A stretch of 64,000 nucleotides of DNA from Vicugna vicugna (taxonomy: Eukaryota). Under the pieces are notes generated by a model. It was not told the DNA's origin. It ran no database searches and was given only the letters and a program-made list of their open reading frames with translations. Of this stretch, positions 47,015 through 59,634 are shown piece by piece. The stretch is from contig MU057801.1 of the NCBI GenBank assembly GCA_013265495.1, positions 62,001-126,000 on the forward strand, in the 5' to 3' direction. The position numbers and the translations under genes are program-made. Each line of letters starts with the position of its first letter. Position 1 is the stretch's first letter.

Positions 47015-48425
47015 TTTTAAAATTGAAGTAGAGTTGGCTTACAGTGTTGTGTCAGTTTCTGGTGCACAGCATAGTGATTCAGTTATACATGTATATATAT
47101 GTTCCTTTTCGTATTCTTTTTCATTATAGGCCATTATAAGGCATTGAATATAGTTCCCTGTGCTGTACAGTAAGTCCTTGTTGTTTATCTGCTTTATATA
47201 CAGTAGTGTGTATCTGCAAATTCAAAACTCCCAGTTTATCTATCCCCATCCCCTTCCCCCCCCCCCACCCCTGGTAACTGTAAGTTTGTTCTCTGTAGGT
47301 CTGTGAGTCTGTATCTGTTTTGTAAATAAATTCATTTGCATCCTTTTCTTTAGGTTCCACATATGAGCAATTTTATATTGTATTTTTCTTTCTCTTTCTG
47401 GCTTACTTCACTTAGTATGACGATCTGTAGGTCCATCCATGTTGCTGCAGATGGCATTATTTCATTCTTTTTTATGACTGAGTAGTATTCCGTTGTATAA
47501 ATATATCACAACTTTTTTATTCAGTTATGTGTTGATGGACATTTAGGTTGCTTCCATGTCTAGACTATTGTAAATGGTGTTGCTACAAACACTGGGGTGC
47601 ATGTGTCTTTTTGAATTAGAGTTCCCTCTGGATATATGCCCAGGAGTGGGATTGCTGGATCATAGGGTAAGTTTATCTTTATTTTTTTGAGGAATCTCCA
47701 TACTGTTTTCCATAAAGGCTGCACTCAACTACATTGCCAACAGTGTAGGAGGGTTCCCTTTTCTCCACACTCTTCCCAGCATTTGTCATTTGTGGACTTT
47801 TGATTGATGGCCATTCTGACTGCTGTGAGGTGATACCTCCTAGTTTTGATTTGCATTTCCCTGATAATTAATGATATTGAGCATTTTTCATGTGCCTATT
47901 GGCCATCTTATGCCTTCGTTGGAGAAATGCTTGTTTAGGTCTTCTGCCCATTTTGGGATTGGGTTGTTTGTTTTTTTGTTATTGAGTTGTATGAGCTGTT
48001 TGTATATTCTGGAAATTAAGCCCTTGGCAGCCTCATCGTTTGCAAATATTTTCTGCCATTCCGTAGGTTGTCTTTTTGTTTTGCTCCTGGTTTCCTTTGT
48101 TGTGCAAAAGTTTGTAAGTTTAGTTAGGTCCCATTTATTTATTTTTGCTTTTATTTCTATTGCCTTGGTAGACTGCCCTAGGAGAACACTGCAGTGATTT
48201 ATGTCAGAGAATATTTTGCCTATGTCCTCATCTAGGAAATTTGTGGTGCCTTTTCTTATGTTTAAGTCTTTAAGCCATTTTGAATAGGTCCCATTTATTT
48301 ATTTTTGCTTTTATTTCTATTGCCTGGGTAGGCTGCACTGGGAGAGCATTGCAGAGATGTATGTTAGAGAACGTTATGCCTACTTTTCTTCTAGGAGGTT
48401 TATAGTGTCTTTTCTTATGTTTAAG
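47015..48425 (-). mobile_element. L1 3' ~1.4 kb with tandem duplication at the truncated end
   Basis: Canonical L1 3' UTR and ORF2 antisense; repeat unit starts at 48125 and 48285. Confidence 0.95.
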
Positions 48426-51400
48426 CACAACGACTATTCCTGTTATTATCAGTTATTCTGTACCCTCTAGGTACCAAGAGTAGGGTTTTTCTCATATTCC
48501 AGATACCATTTTATTTAATCCTTTTGATACATTTATGAAAGGGGTGTTTATTATTATTCCCATTTTATAGATGACGAAACCAACACAGAGAGGTCATTTC
48601 TCGCTCAAGATTGCACAGGTGCTAATGAGCAAATCTAAGGTTTCATTCTGACTCCCAATCATGTATCCACAACTGCTATGATCTAGTTTCCTAGGAAACA
48701 CAACACGCTCTTTCCTCGTTCACTGGGAAATGATCAGAGAAATGGATAATTTCCTACCCATTTCTAGAAAGGGCACTGGGGGGCCTGCCTAGCGTGCTCC
48801 CCACTGGGCGGCACCGAGGCCACAGTCCGTCCTGTGCCTGCCACAGGTCACCTCCCAGCACGTAGATTTTGTTTATGTGAAGGAGCTGATTCCTCAAGGG
48901 TGTCCCTGTGCCTGTGAAATTCCAATAAAGAGTATCTTCTCTGTAGGAAAAACAAATTACCTCTGAGAAGTTTTGAGGCAGGGGCCGTGCTGGACCCAGG
49001 ACAACCTACTGCTAAGTCCAGTGTGGCCAGTTTTTCCTGCCATCTTGGGAAAAATCGTTGTGTATTTTTTTTTCTGTTTTTTTTCAGTTGAGTAACAGGC
49101 AGTTAGATCACTTGTATTTCTGGGCCATGTCCTAGGAAAGAACCAGTCGAACAGAAGGTGAGAGGCTGCTTGAACCCACTGAGGGCAGGTCTGCTTCCTC
49201 CCTCTCGAGTCAAATGCCCTCGAGGAAAATGTGTGCGAAGTGGCCGGTTTGTCACTTGACGGTGCTGGGTTTGGGGGGAGGGGGCTGTCTGTTTGCTTGT
49301 TTGCAGAGCTTAGATTGTTCTGTTTACCTAAGTTAGATGCTCCAGGTCCACGATGTGGTTGCTCTGCTTCTTCCTCTCCTCTTCGATGTAGACGTTGCTG
49401 TTCCTCACTATGAAGATTTCATAATTGGTTATTATGGAATAATAGTATTAGTTACTGTAATATCAAGTAAATAATATTATTCCTTGTTATGAATTATTCT
49501 ATAATTTGGGTGTGCAGTTATCTGCAAGGATGAAGTCCAGTGCCATTTGGATGTTTAATACCGACTTTTTGGAAGTTTGTTATAAAAATGCCAGGGTAGA
49601 GCTCGGTTGCTGAGCTGGTTGTCGCTCAGCACAGCCTGGGACCTGCTGGCTCTACCTTCACTTTATTTTCATTCACATCAGCTGAGCACCTGGGACCAGC
49701 CAGGCTCTGTACTAGGTGCCAGGGAGGGACAAACTGGAAGCCATCCCAGGTTTCGCAGGGCTTTCCGTCTGGTACCAAAGGAGGGTATTAATCACATATA
49801 ATATTAGACACATAATAATAAATCATAAGAGAAAACAGGGCTTCATGTGAGAAGCCAAAGGACTCTGAGGACATGTAACCTAAGGGGGGCCCGGAGCAGT
49901 CTCTCCCGAGGAAGTGGCCTCGGCTGGATGGCTGGGCTTCGTCTGGGGACTCGGAGGGACCGCCCTGTGCTCCCACAGGGCTGCCCTCCACCCACACCGG
50001 CGATGCCCTATGTCCTGCTGGAACCCCTTCGTGAAGCGTGGGAGCTCGTGGTTACGGTCCTGGCTCCCGGCTGAATTCCGCATGCTCGTGATCCCTCTCG
50101 GTCATTAGGGCTCATGTGATTTTGTGTAAAGCCTAGATAATTGGAAAGCGATCACCAGACCTCATTTCAGCATTGTCTTCCCCCATCCAGTGTGTGTTTT
50201 CAAACCAGAGCTGCCAACCACTGGAAGCGAGCCTTGATCTGTGGCTTCCGTCTTTCCTGGCTTGTGGACATGACTCAGACCAGTTGTAGAACGCGAGGGT
50301 CCTGGATAACGCGGAAGGCCTGAGCATTCCGGGTGCCCGAGGAGGCCCTGTGGTTACTGTGCCTGTGGGATCCTGGAAGCCTGGCCACAGAAATCCTGTG
50401 TGGGACAAACATGGTCCACCGCCCTTCCCAGCGTCGTCGCTAATGGTCCTCCGCCACCTGTGAGACTCGGCGTCTTCCTCCCCGCAGGGTCTCTGTGAAA
50501 GCACATGGGGGCAGCGGGTGATGCCCTGGACATGGCGGCAGGGTCACCTACAGCTGGCAGACGTCAGGGGCGTGTCGTGTGAAGGAGACTGTAAGAAGCA
50601 CATCCTCTAGGCTGGAGGAGGTCCAGGTGGTCCAGGCCGTCATCATTGATCCCTCCTTTTCCTGGATTCCACGGTTTCCCAAGCCACCCCATCCCCCTCC
50701 CCATCCGGGTGCCCAGTGCTGGCACATCCCCCTCAGGTCTTCAAAGTCCACCCCCTCCTTCCTGTTCCCACACCCACCTCCCTACTTAGGGTCTCTTTCT
50801 TTCATTTGAGGGCCCGACAGATGGTGATGCTCATAACCTGTCTGCAGCACCTCTGATCCTGGTTGGTGGGTTGGTTGGTTCCTCCCAAACCACCCCACCC
50901 GTCCGCATGGCCTACTTACAGACCCTCGGCTCCATGTTGCTCCTGGGAGCAGGTCTGCAGCTCTTCACCTGGACGTGAGAGGACTTTCAGGCTGTGCTTC
51001 CACGTTCAACTCTTCTTCCTGGTCCTGCCCCCGTGCCCTCCTGGATCAGCTCCTGTGACCCAAACCTGCTGATGCCCCCACCCCAGTTGCTGCCCTCCTC
51101 CCCTCCCCGCACCTTCCCCACCAGGCTCCCGGGTGCCCTTCCAGGCTGGCTAGACCCCCTCTGGGCATTGACGGTGGCGCTCACTTGGGCTGAGCTGGGG
51201 TCTGCCTGGTGGGAAGAGTGTTACGTTGGCCCCAAGGTAGTGCCAAGAAGTCAGCCTCCATCACAGCGCAGTCTCTGCCAGAGGCTTTTGTTCTGTCTTT
51301 TGTGGCCACGTCCCGGACCCTGAGGGGGAATCCTCTCGTAGTAGAGGATGACGCCAAAAGAGGACCAGTGTGACCACCCCTACCCCAGCAACCCCAGGCC

Positions 51401-52701
51401 AGCCTGCCCTCACTGCCTTGTATTCTGTTCATCAGAAGCCAGGCAAGCTGTGCAGCCCTCTCTGAAGGGATGTCATTCGAGGGTGTGAATGCTGGGATGC
51501 AGGGCCCCGGAGGACCACAACATAGAGAAACAGTCTGTTCACAAGTATTGTGAGGCTGAAAGAAAGTGCACCAGAGGGCTGGCTCTGGCCTGAGGGCCGT
51601 CAGTGGGAGCTCCTGAGTAGCTGGCGGGGGGATGAGCTCAGCGTGTGGAAAGCTCAGCCTCCCAACCTGCTGGCCCCCGGGAGGCTCCACGGTGTGCGTG
51701 GGAGGCAGGTGCCCGCTTCTCTTTCTCTTGGGGACCTCGTGTTCAGCAGCGATGGAGCCTGAGTTCCAGCCGAGCCCTGGTGGCCTGAGGGAAATCGGGG
51801 AAACGGGCGGCAAGTTTCTCCAAGGCTTAAGACGGTGCCACGGGTCAGCCCGAGGTCTCCAGAGGACACGGGGACCTTAAGGTGTAGAGATGCCTTCTTC
51901 CCTTTTCAGGAATAGCTTCTTACTGTTAGCAGATGAGATGCCGGGAGCCCGCTGTCCCAGAGAAAAAGGTGTCAAGGGAGGAACTAGTGTGGGACAGAGT
52001 CTTTTTTCTCCTTTGTCTTACCTTCTAAAAAGGAGAATGGCCTGTGCAAAAATCTCTCTCCCACTTTCCTGTAATTCTTTTGCATTAGCAATAGAATGTC
52101 AAACGATATCATCAGTCATTCACAACTTAGTATAAACTAGGGCTTTCTGAACTCCTAGCTGAGATCAGCCTTGAGAAGAAGTTTGAGTTCATGTATGTGG
52201 AGGAAAGGTTGGAAAAAGGTAAACTGGGGTCTCTGAGGGAAAGACAGGACTCAGGGGCCCACTGTGGGTGGATCCAGTGGCATGGGCACCAGTCAGCCAT
52301 GGTGGGAGGGTGTCAGGCAGTAGTAGGTGAAGATACAGATAAACACATCTTCTAGACGGTTTCCAGCACCATTGCCCGGAACCTGGGGGCTGTGTTGGTC
52401 CACTTGGGCCCTTTATTAGAACACATCTTCCTTCACCACTAAAAGAAAACTTTCTCTGCTCACAACACTTTTGACACCAAATGTGCAAACTTTTTCCACA
52501 CCAACCACTTCTCCAGTTCTCTGTGAATGCCAGTGGGGTGTCCTACAATTTGATTCAATTCTGACTATACGTAGTCAACACAGACCCCCCCATCCTCTAA
52601 GTTAAGGGGTCAGTCCCACAAGACTGCCCCCCACTTCAGTCTGCAAGGAGTGGGTTTCCAGGTCACCCACACTTATGTTCAGCCTGTCCTCAGGTTCTGT
52701 A

Positions 52702-53657
52702 CAGGCAGATCTCAGAGATACTATGGGTTCAGTTCCAGATCACTGCAATAAAGCAAATATTGCAGTAAAGCAAGTGACACCAGTTTTTGGTTTTTCAGTG
52801 CATGGAAGTTATATTTACTCTATTCTGTAGTCTGTTAAGTGTGCGATAGCATTATGACTGACAAAAATGCACACATCTTAATTTCAAAATGCTTTATTGC
52901 TGGAATACCACTCAGCCATAAGAAAGAATGAAATAATGCCATTTGCAGGAACATGGATGGACTTAGAGATGATCCTATTAAGTGAAGTAAGTCAGGCAGA
53001 GAAAGACAAATGTCATATGAAATCATTATATGCAGAATCTGAAATGATACAAGTGAACTTACTTACTTAATAGCAACAGGCTCATAGACATAGAAAGCAA
53101 CATAGTTATCAAAAGGGATAGGGGATGGGGGAGGGATAAATCAGGAGTTTGGGATTAGCAGGTACCAACTGCTGTATATAAAATAGGTAAACAACAAGGC
53201 CCTACTGGAGAGCACAGGAACTCTTTTCAGTGCCCTGTAATAAACCAAAATGGAAAAGAATATATAAATGTATAACTGAATCACTTTGTTGTACTCCAGA
53301 AACTAACACAATACTGTAAATCAATTCTACTTCAATTAAAACAAAAAAAAAACCTTATTGCTACGTTTTGCAAACCATTGTCTGAGCCTTCAGGGAGTCA
53401 TCATTTTGCCATCGTAACATCAAAGATCACTGGGCATAGATTACTGTAACCAATATAGTAAGAATAAAACGTTTGAAATAAATATCGCAAGAAATACCAA
53501 AATGTGACAGAGACACGAAGTGAGCAAGTACTGTTGGAAAAATGGCACCGATGGATTTGCTGGATGCAGGGTTGCCACAAACTTCCAATTTGTTAAAAAA
53601 AAAAAAAAGCTGTATGGGCAAAGCGCAATAAAAGCGCAACAAAACAAGGTCTGCCTA
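52702..53657 (-). mobile_element. Internally deleted Tigger1, split by an L1
   Basis: TIRs caggcagatctc / aaggtctgccta; TA TSD at 52700-52701 and 53658-53659. Confidence 0.85.
52902..53352 (+). mobile_element. L1 3' end inserted into Tigger1
   Basis: ggaataccactcagccataa..poly(A); TSD ttattgct. Confidence 0.9.
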
Positions 53658-54924
53658 TAATTTGCTACAAGTCATAGAACTCAGGGAAACACTTTATTTA
53701 CTGTTGCCAGTGTGTTATGTTAATGAGGACTTTATAAAGGATACAGATGAACAGCCAGACGAAGAAGTGCATCTGGTAAGATCTGTAAGGGTCTCGAGCA
53801 GAGGAGCGTCTGTCCCTGTGGAGTTCGGTGTGTCACCCTCTCAACTTTACCAACCGTAAGCTCTCCAACCCCACCATTTGGGGTCTTCATGGAGACCATC
53901 ACGTTGGCGTGATTGATCGTTGGCCACGGGGGCCTGGCTCAGCACCAGCCCCCCTCCCTTCCCAGTGGTGGGTCTGACCTCGGGGCTGGTTCCCCAGGTG
54001 GCCAGCCCCCATCCTGAAGCCTTCCCGGGGGCTTCCAGGCAGCAGTCATCACTGACTTAAACTCAGGCACGACTGAAGGGGATCTGCCATGAGTGACAAG
54101 ATGCTTTCAGCATGGCTACCACTCAGGATTGTCCAAGAGTCTTCAGAGCCGGGGCAAAGACCGATTATGTATTTCTCACGATGCCCCAGGCTCAGGCAGG
54201 ACAGGGGTGGTGGAGTAAGACAGACCCGGCTCTTCCCAGTTCTATTACCTACTTCCTGCGTGACTTTGAGCGACTTATCTCAACTCTCTGGGCCTGTTTC
54301 CTCATCTGGAAATTGAGAATAAATGCACCTCCCTCCCTCCTAAGGCTCCTGTTGCACGAACTCAACAAGGCACCCCTAGGAAGCTCTCAGTGCTTGGTAC
54401 GTAATCGTGGTTCAGAGGTCGAGGGGCCCCTGAGCGCCGGGCTCTGCACCTGGCCGGGCTGCGTCCCGCTGTGAACTGGCACTGGTGCATTTGGGGTGTG
54501 GGTTACTCTGCAGGGAGCAGACTCCCCTTGAGCCAGGTGAAGTGCAGCCGGCCGGGGGAAGGTGTTGCCCTCCATGTCCATTTGCTCGGCTGTTAAGTAA
54601 GGGGCTCCCACAGGGAGGATTTCCTTCCCTGAATTCATGGGTAAGAATCCTGCGTGTTCTTGTTAAATTCCCAGGCCCGTCCCACACCCACTGAATCAGA
54701 ACCTCCGAGGGAGGGAACAGAAGCCTTTGGCGTTAACCAGGACCCGGGTGGTTTCTGTCGTAGGAGAGGCGGGACAGCACCGATTAACCAGGCGGCCCGT
54801 CAAGGTGAGATACTTGAGTCTGTCTCTGCATTTGCCTGCAGTTAGGAGGTAACTGACACATGACACGTGGTCCCCGGACAGGCAGCACTGGCGTCACCCG
54901 GCGTCTGTTAACAAGGCGGCCTCC

Positions 54925-55080
54925 ACCAGTGGTTCCAGCGGCCGCTTCACCTGGGAACTTCTTAGAAATACAGATTCTTGGATTCCACCCCAGACCTAGA
55001 GAATCAGATGCTGGTGGTGGGGCCTGCAGTCTGTGTTTTAACAGGCCTGCTGGGGGAGTCAGGTTTGGGAAACGCTGCTC
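54925..55080. mobile_element. MER5A; a MER5/MER103-like neighbour lies at ~54610-54780
   Basis: tcacctgggaactt.ttagaaatacagattc..ccagaccta..gaatcaga..tgtgttttaaca. Confidence 0.75.
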
Positions 55081-55934
55081 TGTGCTGTGGACCTGAGTGA
55101 ATGAACAGGACGATGCAGAATGCCCAGAAGTGCCTGCCTTCTGGACCTGGCTTCCGTCCCCGTCTGGAAAATGCCGTGACATCACCTTCCCAGCGGGGTT
55201 GTGAGCTCAGCACTTGGATGACCTCACTCCCTGTCTCTCTCTCTGGAAGCCTCAGTGTTACTGCCACCATCTGATAAGGTGTTCTGTTTTTTCCTGTTTT
55301 CCCGCTACACGCCCACGTTTTATTTGCTCTCTCAAAGGCGGCTGCGCAGAGACGCGGGGGCGGGCCTCAGAGGCAGGACGACCCACCTGCCCGGAACCCT
55401 GTAATGGGCAGAAAACCGCCCGCCTGCCGCCGACACCTGCCCGCAGGTGCGTGGGCAGCCTCTGAGCCAAGACGCAGGGGTGCGGGCTCCTCCCCTCTCC
55501 AGGGAAGCCCTGGGGGAAGTGACCTCTCAAACTCTATGTTGGTCTGCACTGCTGTTTGCCAAAGCAGCAGAAGAACAAATGGAGCAACGCATCTTTGCTG
55601 AATGCCTGGCGTTTTGGCAAAACTCCCTGTCTTGGTGCCACGCCATGTGTGCCGCCCAGCCTTCCTCCTGTTCAACTCCTTTTCAAAATTTATGTTTAAT
55701 TTCACAAACACTCTTCCAGGCCTTGTTCCGAGCACTTTAAACCCATGGATTTATTTAATCCCCCCACTGCCATGAGGCCCACTGTGCATGACAGGCGAGG
55801 AAGCTGACACCTGGAGGTGGTGAAACTTGCCCAGAGTCACACCATGTGTCAGTTCTGTGGTCACAGTACTTCAGCTTGGAAGGAATTTCATAGAGATAGG
55901 ACCTGAGACCCTTGAGGTCTTAAAATAAGTTTGG

Positions 55935-56748
55935 TTTTTTGAAACTGAATTATAGTGATTTACAAGGGTGTGTTAGTTTCAGGCATGCAGCATAGTGATT
56001 CAGTGATACATATGTATATTCTTTTTCATATTATTTTTCATTATAGGTTATTACAAGATAGTGAACATAGTTCTCTGTGCTCTACAGTAGGACCTTGTTG
56101 TTTATCTATTCTGTACATAGTAGTTAGTATCTGCTAATTCCAAACTCCTAATTTATCCGTCCCCTCTCTTTCGCCCTGGTAACCGTAAGTTTGTTTTCTA
56201 TGTCTGTGAGTCTCTTTATGGTTTATAAATAAGTTCATTTGCGTCATGTTTTTAGATTCCACGTAGAAGTGATGTCATGTGGTGTTTGTCTTTCTCTGGC
56301 TGACTTATGCTCATCTCCAGGTCCATCCATGTTGCTGCGAATGGCACTATTTCCTTCTTTTTGTGCCTGAGTAGTATTCCACTGTATATAGATATACCAC
56401 GACTTCTTTATCCAGTCATCTGTCGATGGACACTTAGGTTGCTTCCTTGTCTTAGTTATTGTAAATAGTTGCTGCTGTGAGCATTGGGGTGCAGGGGTCT
56501 TTGAATTAGAGTTTCCCCTGGACATACACCCAGGAGTGGGGTTGCTGGACCACAGGGTAACTCTACTTTTAGCTCTTTAAGGAATCGACGGTGGCCGCAC
56601 CAAACTGCACCCCCACCGGCAGTGCAGGAGGGCTCCCTTTGCTCCACGCCCTCTCCAGCGTCTGTCATTTGTGGGCTTTTTGGTGACGGTCATCCTGGCC
56701 GTGGGAGGTGACGGCTCACTGCAGGTTTGACTTGCGTCTCTCTGGCTT
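55935..56748 (-). mobile_element. L1 3' fragment
   Basis: gtgttagtttcagg..tccaggtccatccatgttgctgc..cccaggagtggg. Confidence 0.9.
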
Positions 56749-57127
56749 AAAGTGCCGGTGCTGTGCCTCGGCCAGCTCTGAGGTGTGGCCCCTCCTCCCA
56801 CCTCCTCCTGCCGTGGGCTCTGCGTTGGGTGCTGGTTAACTGAGATGTGAGCCTGACTCCACTTTCCCCGCTCCTCGCCCACAGCCTGTCCTCACTGGCC
56901 ACCCACTGCTGTCCCTTTCCCCAGGGCCATCTTTCAGAGTTTCCTGCCTCAGAAAGTAGGGGTTGTTCTTCTCCAAGACCCCAAGAGCACAACCCCCGTC
57001 AGAGTCAGGTTCTACTAGCTTGCTGCAGCCACGGAGAACACCCTAGAAGAGCCGCGGGGCGGGGGCCCTCTGTAGGAGGGAGTTGAGAGGGGCCTAGTAC
57101 AGGATTTGGGCTAATTCTAAGGAAGGA

Positions 57128-57300
57128 AGGGTTGCAGATTTGGCAAATGAAAATACAGGACACCCAGCTGAATGTGAATTTCAGATATAGCATAAGTACA
57201 TCCCATGTGATGTTTGGGACATACTTATACTAAAAAGTTATTCATTGTTTGCCTAAAAGTCAGATGTAACTGGGCTTCCTGTCTTTTATCTGGCAGCCCT
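57128..57300. mobile_element. MER53 palindromic MITE
   Basis: agggttgcagatttggcaaat..tttgggacatacttatactaaa..tatctggcagccct. Confidence 0.85.
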
Positions 57301-57669
57301 GAAGGAGGATTTGAGTGTCATCTGGAAGCAAGGGCAGTTCAGTGACTGGGCGCTTAGTAACTTTTACCCGGCGGGCCAGAGGAATAAAGGGTACTGAGGC
57401 ATCAGTGGTCCAGATGCAGCCGACACTGTGTGTCAGAAGAGGGGGCCATTCAGTCATTTCTCTGGTTTGACGGTCTGTCTTCTGTCTCGTTTCCGACGCG
57501 GCCCCCGCTGCCTTGTTGAATTGGTGCGTTGACCTTCTGTGTGTGATCTTTACGTTCAGGCAGGAGCTTGGCCGTTCTCAGTCAACTTACCGATTCGGGG
57601 CTTGTTTCAGAGTCTCCTGAGATGCTGATGGCTGAAGATGCGGGTCCTCAGGGGTCTGGTCCAGGGCAG

Positions 57670-57832
57670 CCAGTCCAGGCCAGGCCGTGGGCTCTCTGGA
57701 AGTGCTTTGGACTGTTACAACTTGAGTCTGGGTGCAGCTGGCTGGCTTCCTATCACTCACAGCCAGGCAGCTTCCACAGCAAAGAATTATCTGGCCCCGA
57801 ATTTCATTGTGTTGATGTTGAAAAAGTCCTGG
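57670..57832 (+). mobile_element. MER20 fragment
   Basis: cagcaaagaattatctggccccgaa..gttgaaaaagtcctg. Confidence 0.65.
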
Positions 57833-59007
57833 CCTGCAACATCAATTGGGAAATAAGCCGTTGCTGAGGCCTCTCTGTCTCTGGGGCTTTCCAGAAGTAA
57901 AGAAAATGAAAGCAAGAAAAGTGTGTGCACAATTGGCCCCCACTGTCCTGCATTTGTACTGCCTGAGACTCGGTACTGACCTGGCCATCAGTAGTAGGTG
58001 TTTGATAAATATGCTGAATGAATGAAAAAGTGTGTGACTCATGTATTGGTGTTTACAAATACATTGTTCATTTCTTCAGCCTGTGTGTGTTCAGCACCTG
58101 CGGTGGCAGGGGCTTTCCTGGGCACTGTGATGCGGCGATGGAGGACGCAGGTAACAATTAGAGAAACCTGAGCCTGAAGGATGGATGGGCGGGAGGAGCC
58201 GGGCTGCCCGCGGGGCTGAGTGCGGAGGGCGTCTCGAGGAGCTGACCTTTAAGCTGAACTCGGCAGCAGAGGAAGAGGGGAGGGAAGAGCGTTTCCAGAC
58301 GAGAGAGGCACGCGCACAAGCTGGGAGGGGGGTCTGAGGCTCTGAACGCAGAGCAGGGTGTGGGTGGGGGGGAGAGGGGCTGGCATGAGAGAGGGCGGGA
58401 GGGAAGCAGGGGCCAGTCGCACTGGGATTCATTCTGAGCGCAGTGAAGCCATGAGAGGTTTGAAGAAGGATGTGACATGCTCCAACATGTGTGTAGCCCC
58501 GGGAAGGCTTGGCATCGGCTCCTGGTCTCTCATCCATCAACCGAGGAGACCAAAGTGCGTTCAGATCTTCCCTGGTACCTGCCCGTACCCCGAAGGACAC
58601 ACAGCGGGCCCCCAACCTAGCACAGCCCTGCCAGCTTGCTCACCCACCTGCACCGTGTCCATGTGTCCCCAGGCCACTCTCTCAAAACTCCTCCCCAGTC
58701 TCCCCGTCATCTCCGATTTGCTCTCCCTCGCCCTCCACCTCCTCATCTTTCAGGCACAGTCATCTCGGTCCATCTGGAGTTGTGGGCTTCTTGTTTTCCT
58801 TCTCGGCACCTTCTCAGAACCGGCCCTGCAGACATGGTGCTGGAGCCGGCTGCCCACCTGGAAGGCAAGGTGGGGAGGAAGGGCGGGAAGTCTGGGTGAT
58901 GATTTGTGGTTCAGGCCCACCCCAGGGTTTTTGAAGTAACTTCTCTACCTGAAATAGGCGGAGTGGGCTAGAGGGAGCCGTCGAGGGAACGGGACAGTCC
59001 CTTGGGA

Positions 59008-59183
59008 CAGAGTCAGCAAACGGCCATGCTCAGGCCAGACGCTGCCAGTAGCCGTCTTTGTGGTGGGGACACAGCCACACCTGATCACGGCGGTGTTGTC
59101 CACGGCAGTGGGGCCACACTGTCCAGCAGGCCACACAGCCTGATACACCTGCCCCCATGGAAAGAGTTTGCTGACTGACCCCT
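59008..59183 (-). mobile_element. MER58-type fragment
   Basis: gtcagcaaac..ggacacagccacac..agagtttgctga..cccctg. Confidence 0.55.
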
Positions 59184-59554
59184 GACGCGGGGGATAAGTG
59201 CATTTTGCTGCTGAACTCTCAAAGGCAGTCTTGAGTGTGGGCAGTTGCATCTCCAGTTTACAACAGAGCACCTGCCAGGGCCACCAGGGGCATGGGCTCT
59301 GAGGCCCTGGCCCATTCTCTTTCCCAAGCCACAGCCCCTGCCTCTGTGGGTCATCAGAAGTAGTCAGAGTCACTACCCCAGAGCGCTCAGCCTCAGATGC
59401 TGAGGGCCAGGTGCATACTGTAAGCCAGCAGAGCCCAGCCAGGTGGAAGTAGATAGACGACAGCTGACCCTTGGCCTCAGTATTGGAGCACGCTAGAGAG
59501 TGGCGGGGACTGTGGCAACTGGAGAGCAGATATCCCATCTAAAGAGGGTGACAT

Positions 59555-59634
59555 GGGAGGTGTCGGTGGTGGAGCACATGCTTGGCATGCACAAGGTCCT
59601 GCGTTCAATCCCCAGTACCTCCATTAAAAAAAAT
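59555..59634 (+). mobile_element. Camelid-type tRNA-derived SINE
   Basis: gttcaatccccagtacctcc plus A tail; TSD taaagag(g/a)gtga(c/t)at at 59540-59554 and 59635-59649. Confidence 0.85.

Larger units (their letters stand above)
52415..54189 (-). mobile_element. MER21-type LTR (52415-52701 and 53658-54189) containing Tigger1 and L1
   Basis: tcagtcccacaagactgccccc..ctcaggtt|taatttgcta..ggatacagatgaacagccaga..tctgtccctgtggagtt. Confidence 0.75.

Noticed and set aside
47871..48197. Hydrophobic 108-aa ORF (and similar ORFs at 9196 and 16719)
   Set aside because: Antisense translations of L1 sequence.
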